A stretch of 37,557 nucleotides of DNA from an uncultured archaeon (GTDB taxonomy: Archaea; Thermoplasmatota; Penumbrarchaeia; JASLWR01): assembly GCA_964342815.1 (NCBI GenBank), contig CAYFHS010000020.1:37894-75450 (forward strand). The letters run 5' to 3'. This document shows positions 1 through 8,094 of this stretch, piece by piece. The notes beneath the pieces were generated by a model. It was not told the origin of the DNA and did no database searches. It saw nothing but the letters and a program-made list of their open reading frames with translations. How positions within the stretch are numbered: the stretch's first letter is position 1; each line of letters starts with the position of its first letter. The position numbers were made by a program, and so were the translations under genes.

Positions 1-75
1 AGGAGAGGCAGAGAAAGGAGAGGCAGAGAAAGGAGAGGCAGAGAAAGGAGAGGCAGAGAAAGGAGAGGCAAAGAA
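1..75 (+). repeat. 15-bp in-frame tandem repeat (AGGAGAGGCAGAGAA)n encoding GEAEK
   Basis: Four perfect copies at 1-60, a fifth with one mismatch at 61-75, and degenerate copies to about 140. The array runs off the window edge. Confidence 0.95.
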
Positions 76-2833
76 AGGAGTGACTGATAAAGGGGAAGCA
101 GAGAAAGGACTGACTGATAAGGTAGAGGCAGAGAAAGGAAACCCGGATGAAAGGGGGAACGAGGGTGAGGAGCCCGATGAATGTAGAAAGAAACCAGAGA
201 AACCATTGTCCCATTCAAGTTCTGGAGAGCTGGAATTTCCTGAAATCAGTATTAGAAAGCTATATGGTCCTCCCAGAAAACGCACACGCCGGGAAAAGGT
301 ACGGGTATATCTTACAGCGGTAGTGGTGGCCGTACTGGTCGGTCTTTCGATATTTTCATACATACGTTTCACAGCACCTGTGACAGGCTTCGATTCGGAT
401 GGAGATGGAATGCCTGATGATTGGGAAAATAGATACGGATTGGATCCCGATGATGGTTCGGATGCAAAAATTGACAGTGATGGTGACGGCCTTACAAACC
501 TGGAAGAATATCGTTATAACATATCCGCATCTGTAAAAGGCACGTGGGAGGGAGGAACCGATCCAAGGAATCCGGATTCCGATTTGGATAAGATGATGGA
601 CGGATGGGAAGTTGATCATAACCTGAATCCTCAGAATTCGTCCGATAAGAGATTGGATCCCGATAATGACGGAGTGGTTTTTACTGTCAACAATGTGACA
701 TTGGATGTAGATTTCTTCAATCAAAAGGAATACCAGGCACAAACCGATCCCAACGATCCAGATTCGGACGGAGACGGAATGCTGGACGGCTGGGAGGATT
801 TTTTCAACCTCTTCCCGTTGAGTCCAATTGACGCGGAGAAAGACAATGACGGAGATGGTCTGCTGAACTCATGGGAATTCCTTAATGGAACAAACCCTTC
901 GAATAACGATACTGATTCAGATGGGCTGGAAGACCTTATAGAACTCACTACCTATAATACAGACCCTTTACTTCGTGATACTGACCAGGATGGAATGCCC
1001 GATGGTTGGGAAGTGGGTTATGGGCTGGACCCCCTTGACGGGAATGATGCATATATGGATGGGGACGATGATGAACTCGCTAACTGGAGAGAATATTATC
1101 ACAATACTGATCCATACAATCATGATACCGACTCTGACAAAATGCCTGACGGTTGGGAAGTGGAAAAAGGATGGGACCCTATTAACGGGACCATGGAGAT
1201 CGATCCGACTTATCCGGATGGGAAGGACGATCCTGACAAGGATATTCTATCCAATTTCGAAGAGTTTAGAAAATTTTCGGATCCACTTGATTACGATACC
1301 GATGACGATGGCCTCAATGACGGTCTTGAGGCAGTGATAGGATTCCCCGGAAAGCTAGTTAACGGTGTTTTCCATATTGATGACCAATCTGCAGTTTATT
1401 TCACCGATCCGATATCCAAGGATACTGACAATGATGGGATTGACGATCTCGAAGAAACTAGAGGCGGTACCAATGCGTCCAATACCGATAGCGACGAAGA
1501 TGGTCTCGATGATATGGAAGAGGTCTACGGCGTCTGGATGGAGGATTTCGGCCTGGTACACCCAAATCCGTCAAACGAAGATACCGATTTCGACGGATTG
1601 ACCGATGCGGAAGAGGTCTACTCCACTTACGGTTATATAACCCATCCAAATCTCCCCGATACCGACTTCGACCAGTTGATGGACGGCCAAGAAGTATTAA
1701 CCGATTTCTTTCCGTACAGAGATGATCGAAATGACGGGAAGATCGACAGTTCCGATCCAAGAAACGTGGATACGGACGGAGACGGTATGTTCGATGGATG
1801 GGAAGTGGATTTCGGTATGACGAGAGTTATCAGGAACGACACTGGTCCAAACTTTATTCTGGATTATACCGCAGAAATTGGACTCTCGACATGGTTCGAT
1901 AAAGATTACGTTAATCTGAAATACAACTGGAACGGCAGCAGCTGGGAAGACTTTTTGGACCGCAACGGGGATGGTTTGATCGATCCGGAACTGCCTCCTA
2001 TGTTCGTCATCAATCCCGTTCTTTCAAATGACAGGCTGTATGACCCGGATAACGACGGACTTTACAATTACGTGGAGCATGATCGATTCAAAGAGATAAC
2101 CGGATTGGACAACAGCACTGATCCTTTGGAAGTGGATACGGACGGCGATGGTATGCCAGATGGCTGGGAGTTGGATTATTTATCATATTTTCCGGATTTG
2201 GGAATATGGGGTCCAAATCCCCTTCGATGGGATTCCTGGGAGGACCCTGACGAAGATGGCTGTCACTATGAGATCGACGGGGAAATGTATTATCATCCAT
2301 TCGTGAATATCGAGGAATACTGGTGGTCTAACTTCTATTCTAATCACTGTTATCCTAATTCGAGCGATGTGGACAATGATGGAAAACTCGATGGCGAAGA
2401 GATCTGGAAACATTCGTATGAGGGCGGCATTACCGAGGGAGATGGACTTGCAAACGGTTGGGAATGCCTTTTCGGTGCCTATAATCTATACATTTTTGGC
2501 CCTGAGGATTATATTCCACCCAATATTATGCCGCTCCATTTCAATCCTTTCACCTCGGACAGCAATGGCGATGGGATACTGGATCGGGATGCAGATCCCG
2601 ATGGGGATAATTCATCCAATCTGGAAGAATTTCTAAGAAAGACCGATCCAACGGATCCTTTGAGTTTCCCATCCAGGGCAAGTGGGGGTGATGATGAATA
2701 TCATCAAATTGGCCTTTCAAATCCGGGCTCAAAATTAGGGAAGATTGGAAGAATAAATACAGAGGGGTTAGGGAGCCTGGTAATCTTATGCGGAATCGTC
2801 ATTCTTATTGTTAGAAAACGCTTTTCTTCCTGA
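2..2833 (+). CDS. 5'-truncated membrane-anchored protein with many TSP3-like (DxDxDGxxDxWE) calcium-binding repeats
   Basis: Frame is open from base 2 (GEAEK repeats), so the track start at 80 (GTG) is probably internal. Hydrophobic segment VYLTAVVVAVLVGLSIFSYI is followed by about 20 or more DxDxDG motifs with WE/EE and TDP/NP spacers. C-terminal hydrophobic stretch plus RKR. Confidence 0.8.
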   Translation, partial: GEAEKGEAEKGEAEKGEAEKGEAKKGVTDKGEAEKGLTDKVEAEKGNPDERGNEGEEPDECRKKPEKPLSHSSSGELEFPEISIRKLYGPPRKRTRREKVRVYLTAVVVAVLVGLSIFSYIRFTAPVTGFDSDGDGMPDDWENRYGLDPDDGSDAKIDSDGDGLTNLEEYRYNISASVKGTWEGGTDPRNPDSDLDKMMDGWEVDHNLNPQNSSDKRLDPDNDGVVFTVNNVTLDVDFFNQKEYQAQTDPNDPDSDGDGMLDGWEDFFNLFPLSPIDAEKDNDGDGLLNSWEFLNGTNPSNNDTDSDGLEDLIELTTYNTDPLLRDTDQDGMPDGWEVGYGLDPLDGNDAYMDGDDDELANWREYYHNTDPYNHDTDSDKMPDGWEVEKGWDPINGTMEIDPTYPDGKDDPDKDILSNFEEFRKFSDPLDYDTDDDGLNDGLEAVIGFPGKLVNGVFHIDDQSAVYFTDPISKDTDNDGIDDLEETRGGTNASNTDSDEDGLDDMEEVYGVWMEDFGLVHPNPSNEDTDFDGLTDAEEVYSTYGYITHPNLPDTDFDQLMDGQEVLTDFFPYRDDRNDGKIDSSDPRNVDTDGDGMFDGWEVDFGMTRVIRNDTGPNFILDYTAEIGLSTWFDKDYVNLKYNWNGSSWEDFLDRNGDGLIDPELPPMFVINPVLSNDRLYDPDNDGLYNYVEHDRFKEITGLDNSTDPLEVDTDGDGMPDGWELDYLSYFPDLGIWGPNPLRWDSWEDPDEDGCHYEIDGEMYYHPFVNIEEYWWSNFYSNHCYPNSSDVDNDGKLDGEEIWKHSYEGGITEGDGLANGWECLFGAYNLYIFGPEDYIPPNIMPLHFNPFTSDSNGDGILDRDADPDGDNSSNLEEFLRKTDPTDPLSFPSRASGGDDEYHQIGLSNPGSKLGKIGRINTEGLGSLVILCGIVILIVRKRFSS

Positions 2834-2957
2834 GGGACCAATGGAGATACTTTCGAGGAAGGATTTATAAAACTGTCTGTATATACCACGACAAAATTAA
2901 ACGGATGAATCTGTAACTGACCGGCTTTTAATTGAATGATTATCTGGTGAAATCGAA

Positions 2958-4004
2958 ATGACTTTAAAATGTGCTATTATAATGTGTGAAAAAGGAACGG
3001 AATCAATTGCGAGTCAGATCCAGCAATTAAAGGAGAAGGGTTTGGACTTGGTGGAACTTCGATTGGACCGGTACCTGTTCTTGGAAGATACTACTGACGA
3101 ATTAACGAAAGTTCCCAATGACGAGACGGCCAAAGTGAATGATAAAATTTCAGATACATTGGAAGACGTCCCGGATGACAAGGGGACTGCAAAGGAAAAA
3201 AACTCTGGGGTACCCTCTGAAAAAAACAATGGTGACGAGGTAAGTACAGAGAGTGAAATAGATGCGGATGTCTCGGTTGACGAATCCGAATCCATCGAGG
3301 TCCTGGTCCCTGTCTCTAAGACTCCCGGAGAGGGCATCGGTGACGACAATAAATCCTCTTCGCAGGTAGAAACCGAGAAACCCGAAGAAACTATTGAGCC
3401 AAAACCCAAGCCCAGCATCGAGCAGTTGGAAAATATAATTCGTGAAAGCTCCATCCCAGTTCTATGTTCTGTTCAACGCAAGGAGAACGGAGGATGGTTT
3501 GAAGGAGATCTGGATGAAAAAAGGGCTCTCTTGAAGAAGATAATCGAATATTCCCCAACATATTTGGAAGTGGAATTGGATGATATACAAATAGACAAGA
3601 CTTTTTTCGAAATCCTAGATGAAGCCAGAAAAAAATCCATTAAAGTTATTATTTCGAAGTATAACGCCGAAGGATGCTACAGCGAGGAGGAATTTGAGTA
3701 CATCCTTCGATCCATGTACGAAATGAACGGTGATATCTACAAGATCTGCTGCAACATATCGAGCTTCACTCATTTGGCAAACATTTTTGGCTCTGCTTTT
3801 GAGATGAGAAAAGATGAAAAATCCTTTACGTTTCATGGAACGGGGAAACTTGGTAACAAATGTGCCCAATATGCCCCTATCCTAGGTTCGGTTATGGCAT
3901 TTTGCTCACCCAGTAAGGATGAGGTTGTGGAAAAGGGCCTCGTGGATATCGACCTCCTGAACGAGCAGTGGAATGTTCTTACAGGGAAAGACATTTTGTT
4001 ATAA
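2958..4004 (+). CDS. Type I 3-dehydroquinate dehydratase-like (AroD-fold) protein, degenerate, with acidic insertion
   Basis: Motifs DLVELRLD, ENGGWFEG, YLEVEL, KVIIS, GDIYKI, GKLG and LGS occur in AroD order. GGTGA SD lies 7 nt before the ATG. Several catalytic residues are missing, so no symbol is given. Confidence 0.75.
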   Translation: MTLKCAIIMCEKGTESIASQIQQLKEKGLDLVELRLDRYLFLEDTTDELTKVPNDETAKVNDKISDTLEDVPDDKGTAKEKNSGVPSEKNNGDEVSTESEIDADVSVDESESIEVLVPVSKTPGEGIGDDNKSSSQVETEKPEETIEPKPKPSIEQLENIIRESSIPVLCSVQRKENGGWFEGDLDEKRALLKKIIEYSPTYLEVELDDIQIDKTFFEILDEARKKSIKVIISKYNAEGCYSEEEFEYILRSMYEMNGDIYKICCNISSFTHLANIFGSAFEMRKDEKSFTFHGTGKLGNKCAQYAPILGSVMAFCSPSKDEVVEKGLVDIDLLNEQWNVLTGKDILL

Positions 4005-4086
4005 TAAAATCGAACTATCATTGAAGAAAGGGAGGGGAGCTTTCTCTTTTGAATGAAATTTCGAAGACGGGATTACCGGTGGCTCT

Positions 4087-5106
4087 ATGGACACCACAAA
4101 CCTTTTCACAGTAATAACGATAATTGAGATTATATTGATAATTTTAGCCGTAATAATACTTCCTCGAATGAACAAAGCCATGGTATCCATGATATTGGCC
4201 ATGGGGATCATGGTTGTTTTTATTACCCATGTTATATTAGATTCACGCATATTGGGGGGTGAAGTACGGTTTTTGTGGAGCTCTTCGGGCGAAAAATTTC
4301 AGCTTCCCTTCTTGTGGGAAAAGCTTGGTTTTAGTGTTGCAGACGTGCTTGAAGGACAGAAGCTCTATTCTTTCGTAACAGCCCTTTTCGTCCATGCAAA
4401 CATGATCCATCTGATCGCGAATCTGCTTGTTCTCCTTCTTCTCGGAGTACCACTGGAGCAGAAAATCGGGGCTCGAAACTTTGCGATACTGTTTTTCGCA
4501 GCAGGTATCGGTGCAGGATTGATAAAACTCCTATTGGTTGCGCCATTTGCTGATCTGAATGACAGCATGAATCCAATACTTAATCCGAATTCCACGGGTA
4601 TCGGAGCATCCGGAGCAATATTCGGCGTACTGGGGGCCTTCGTGGCCCTTTATCCTAAAGAGAAAGTAATTTTCCCATTGATCCTGATCAGGCCCTGGCC
4701 GGTTTTTATAATCGCATTGATATACGGCGGTACTGAAACGGTCATGGTACTCCGAGGTGTCCAGGACGGAGTTGGGCACCTTACACATTTTAACGGTCTC
4801 ATTGTAGGAGTCGGAGTCGCGTTATTATTGAAAAAAATGGATTTGATCCCGGGAAAAAGAAAATGGCTTAGATCAGATAAGACCCTTGTGTCAGAGCTTG
4901 AAAAGATGACTGCCAGTGAGCCTGACCGAAAAATTCTCCGGAAGATAGAAAAAGCCGACCTGCCTGAAATAAGGAACGCATGGGTAGAGCATTTTTTGGA
5001 AAAGGTCACCTGTCCCCGGTGCGGTACGGGATTTGATAAATTAGACAATAATGAATGTGATTGCGGATACGTATCCCTTGGTGAGTGGAAATTGAAAGAA
5101 AAGTAG
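4087..5106 (+). CDS. Rhomboid-family intramembrane serine protease (S54) with C-terminal Cys4 zinc-finger-like motif
   Basis: HANMIHLIAN, catalytic GASGAIFG, GHLTHFNG, multiple TM helices, and CPRC...CDC at the C-terminus. GGTGG SD lies 4 nt before the ATG. Confidence 0.92.
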   Translation: MDTTNLFTVITIIEIILIILAVIILPRMNKAMVSMILAMGIMVVFITHVILDSRILGGEVRFLWSSSGEKFQLPFLWEKLGFSVADVLEGQKLYSFVTALFVHANMIHLIANLLVLLLLGVPLEQKIGARNFAILFFAAGIGAGLIKLLLVAPFADLNDSMNPILNPNSTGIGASGAIFGVLGAFVALYPKEKVIFPLILIRPWPVFIIALIYGGTETVMVLRGVQDGVGHLTHFNGLIVGVGVALLLKKMDLIPGKRKWLRSDKTLVSELEKMTASEPDRKILRKIEKADLPEIRNAWVEHFLEKVTCPRCGTGFDKLDNNECDCGYVSLGEWKLKEK

Positions 5107-5118
5107 AGGAAAATATGC

Positions 5119-5892
5119 TTAATATTCCCTTGAGAATCCATCACATATCTCTTCAACATCAATGGTCTTCTTTCCTCTGGCATCCGCTAGTTCGTCTGCC
5201 TTTTTGATGATATCTCTGATCCGTTTCTGGTCGATGACCTTTTGTATCGATCGAACCAGATTTTTTATCTCACCATACCTTTCCTCCGACAAAGCCTCCT
5301 CCATATGAAAGATAGTTTCGTTCATCTCCTCTTCAAGGAATTCCCTAAGCTCATCGATGGCATTATCATTTATCCTTTTTTTAGTATAGAGTAAGGCGAT
5401 ATGTTTCAATTCTTTGTTTCCCAAGAAAAAATTTTGGCCAATACCCATGGAAATATTATCATCTGAAGGACCGCTCTCATCAGCTTCCTTTATGATCTTG
5501 GAATTATCCACCACGCATTTTATGTGTTCTCTTTTTATAGTCCTCATGTTCTTTGCGAGAGCTAGACCGGCAGCACCCATTATCAATTCTCGAATGAGCG
5601 ATTCCGTCTCGTTTTTTATGGTAATTGCCGCTGCTGCGCTCTGGTTGAGTTCCGTAACTTCGCCCATTATGCCTCTCACCCTATTAAGCGACAGCTGAGG
5701 ATTGTCTGGATCAAGAATGGTCTTTGCATCAGGATATGCTTGTTTGGTCGCTTCCTGCATTCTCTTTGTGGACATACGGATCCATTCTTCTGCTATCTCC
5801 TTGAGAAGTTCTTTTCCGTCACTGCTGATATTGAAACCGGTTACACTCTTGCATACGTCGGTTACTCTTCCGACAGAAAGACCCTTTGCTAT
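5119..5892 (-). CDS. Multi-histone-fold protein (three tandem folds, possibly part of a fourth); probable ATA start at 5892
   Basis: The frame is open from 5913 (in-frame TGA at 5914-5916). The 39 codons upstream of the track ATG (5775) read IAKGLSVGRVTDVCKSVTGFNISSDGKELLKEIAEEWIR. With the following residues they align to the HMfB-type fold, as do LSLNRVRG...MRTIKREHI and LGNKELKH...GKKTIDVEEI. Confidence 0.8.
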   Translation of the reverse strand: MAKGLSVGRVTDVCKSVTGFNISSDGKELLKEIAEEWIRMSTKRMQEATKQAYPDAKTILDPDNPQLSLNRVRGIMGEVTELNQSAAAAITIKNETESLIRELIMGAAGLALAKNMRTIKREHIKCVVDNSKIIKEADESGPSDDNISMGIGQNFFLGNKELKHIALLYTKKRINDNAIDELREFLEEEMNETIFHMEEALSEERYGEIKNLVRSIQKVIDQKRIRDIIKKADELADARGKKTIDVEEICDGFSREY

Positions 5893-7310
5893 CCGATCAA
5901 CTCCTGAATTACGTCAATATCGTTGGAATAATATATGGTTGTGTTCAGACCTGAGCTATCCTTGTACAGATAACCATCCCTTATGAAAAATATTTCTTCT
6001 TCATGATAATCCTCTATGAAAAAAATCATTTCATCATATGCATCGTTGAATTCTTCATTATCTTTCACTGTGTCCCATGTAGTACAGAATACGGACAAGA
6101 AGTCATTGGCCCTGGTATAATAGTGAAACCTGTCTCCGCCCCACCCGGATGCTGCATTTCTCGCTTCCTCACCGGTCATATCCATTCCCAACAGGCTTAT
6201 TATGGATGTGTCCATGCTGCCACCCACATGCTGATCAAGCATCTGTGAAATTAAATATTCACCGAGAGTTTCACGGAACTCAAGATCGAATCCGGATATG
6301 GGAAGTTCAAAACTTATCTCCTTGGGTTCCTCTGACATCAGATATTTTTCATAATGAATGATCTGTTCGGAGGAAATTGGTGGATTATCATACAGCCGGT
6401 TGACACTATCCCATTCATCCTTGCCATATGCACCCTGTACGAAAGACAGACCGCTGGTGTAGGGGAACAGGGTAAGGGAAGTGAGTGCTTTGTTTCCCTC
6501 AACATTTGCGGAATTGATAAGTGCACTTCCGATTGTCACAGTTGCGTCCAACTCCTTAATCACCCTTTCTAAAACGGACATGTTTGAAACGTACTGGTTC
6601 ATCACGAGAGTTGCATCCCCTTCTACCACAGATAATCTTGCCAGCTGCTGGTCATAGGAATTGTTTTCTAAAAAAACCTCCAGATCGAAATATTGGTCTT
6701 GTAGAGCATGAGTAAATTCATGAGAAAGTATGGAATTGATATAAGGTGATAGGTGGTTTCCGATCACATACATTTCCTTCGTCTCCGGGTCATAAAAACC
6801 GGCGATCTGATCCGCTGAAGACTCTACCGAGAGATTTAAAAGATCGAATTCGTCATCTATTATGAACGTATTGCGATATATCGTTTCCTCGCGCTCTAGC
6901 CTGGCTTTCTCCTCTTCATCCAATAACTTATCCAAATAATCAAGAAGCTCTTCTTTTGACATAGTTTGTGGGGGAACGTCCTTTTTCGGCTCCAACCCCC
7001 TTATCTCACCTACCTCGTCAATACTCATATACCCCGTCTCACTATCGGATTTCCAATAATAATATGCTGTAACGGATGACACGATAATGATTATGACCAA
7101 TGCGACCAAAAAAAGCAAATGACCCCTTTTCTTACTCTTCTTTTCAATCTGTTTATGACGTTTCTTTTCTTCTTTCATGGTTGCATGTTCGAAATAATAA
7201 TTGCAGCTGGGACAGAATTTTTTCTTTCCCTCATGTATAAAAACCGGCTGTTTGCATTTGGGACATTTTAAATTCTTGGTATAGGCCTTGTCCCCTTTCG
7301 CTTTGGGCAT
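5889..7310 (-). CDS. Membrane-anchored zincin metallopeptidase-like protein (HEFTH) with N-terminal zinc ribbon
   Basis: CPKC...CPSC, a Lys-rich segment and one TM helix, then GFYDP, SHEFTHALQDQ, VEGDAT, FPY, SSEQIIH and GWGGD. The start is placed at MPKAK (7310) because GGTGA lies 5 nt upstream; the track start is 7322. Confidence 0.8.
   Translation of the reverse strand: MPKAKGDKAYTKNLKCPKCKQPVFIHEGKKKFCPSCNYYFEHATMKEEKKRHKQIEKKSKKRGHLLFLVALVIIIIVSSVTAYYYWKSDSETGYMSIDEVGEIRGLEPKKDVPPQTMSKEELLDYLDKLLDEEEKARLEREETIYRNTFIIDDEFDLLNLSVESSADQIAGFYDPETKEMYVIGNHLSPYINSILSHEFTHALQDQYFDLEVFLENNSYDQQLARLSVVEGDATLVMNQYVSNMSVLERVIKELDATVTIGSALINSANVEGNKALTSLTLFPYTSGLSFVQGAYGKDEWDSVNRLYDNPPISSEQIIHYEKYLMSEEPKEISFELPISGFDLEFRETLGEYLISQMLDQHVGGSMDTSIISLLGMDMTGEEARNAASGWGGDRFHYYTRANDFLSVFCTTWDTVKDNEEFNDAYDEMIFFIEDYHEEEIFFIRDGYLYKDSSGLNTTIYYSNDIDVIQELIG
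5895..5904 (-). promoter_or_regulatory. Shine-Dalgarno site GGAGTTGATC for the histone-fold gene
   Basis: 9/10 match to GGAGGTGATC, the complement of the archaeal 16S 3' end. Spacing to ATA 5892 matches the other genes in the window (3-7 nt after the GGTGA-equivalent). Confidence 0.7.
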
Positions 7311-7604
7311 TATATTCACCATTATTCGTTGTCAAAGCTTAAATGAACATCATGATATAAAAATGAATCAGTCAGATATACATAAAGTGTATTATGGCCG
7401 GGGTGGGGATCGGCCCTGTCAAACCACTATTGCTAATGATATGAGCTGATGTTATCAGCCGTCCAAACCATGTTTAATGCTCCCGTAAAAAGCAAAGGGC
7501 AATTCGTTGCACATGTCGATGTTCGGTCCACAATAGATTACACCAATTTAACTTATCATTCACATACAACGAAATATGATGATTTGATAGGAGAATGAAA
7601 AATG

Positions 7605-8093
7605 TTAAATCTTTTCTAAATTCTTTACCAAACTATAAATTTCATGGGCAAACAATTCGACACCATCACCTTTTGAAAAATGGTTAGCTAAATGATATTG
7701 TAATAGTCTTCTTCTTTCATCTTGAAGGGAAATAACTAATTCACAGTCGTTATTGGCTTTTGATGCTTGTTCAAGCCTTGTTCTGGATTCTGAATCTAAC
7801 ATTCCATAATGAACAAACGATTCGGGAAACTTATCTTCAAATTGAGGTAGATAGAATAAGTAATATACTTTATATTTTCTAATTGAATCCTTATAGTTGG
7901 TGTTCCTACTCAAGGAATCCATAGCCATTATTTTTGATAAAACAATAAGTTCTCGATGCTCACAATCACAAATGGATGTAATAACCATCCAATTTGAATC
8001 ATCAGATGGAGGATTGTTTTTAATAAATAAAATATCGCCCGGTTTAAAATGTGGAGAAATAGCTTTCATATAAAACTTAGAAGGGTCATACAT
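7605..8093 (-). CDS. Hypothetical protein coupled to the ATPase (GDIL...VITSICD...LANHFSK)
   Basis: 162-aa ORF whose ATG lies 1 nt after the ATPase stop. AT-rich like its partner. Confidence 0.7.
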   Translation of the reverse strand: MYDPSKFYMKAISPHFKPGDILFIKNNPPSDDSNWMVITSICDCEHRELIVLSKIMAMDSLSRNTNYKDSIRKYKVYYLFYLPQFEDKFPESFVHYGMLDSESRTRLEQASKANNDCELVISLQDERRRLLQYHLANHFSKGDGVELFAHEIYSLVKNLEKI

Positions 8094-8094
8094 T

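Noticed and set aside
4650-5183. 177-aa and other reverse-strand ORFs over the rhomboid gene
   Set aside because: They lie antisense to a well-supported gene and have no recognisable motifs.
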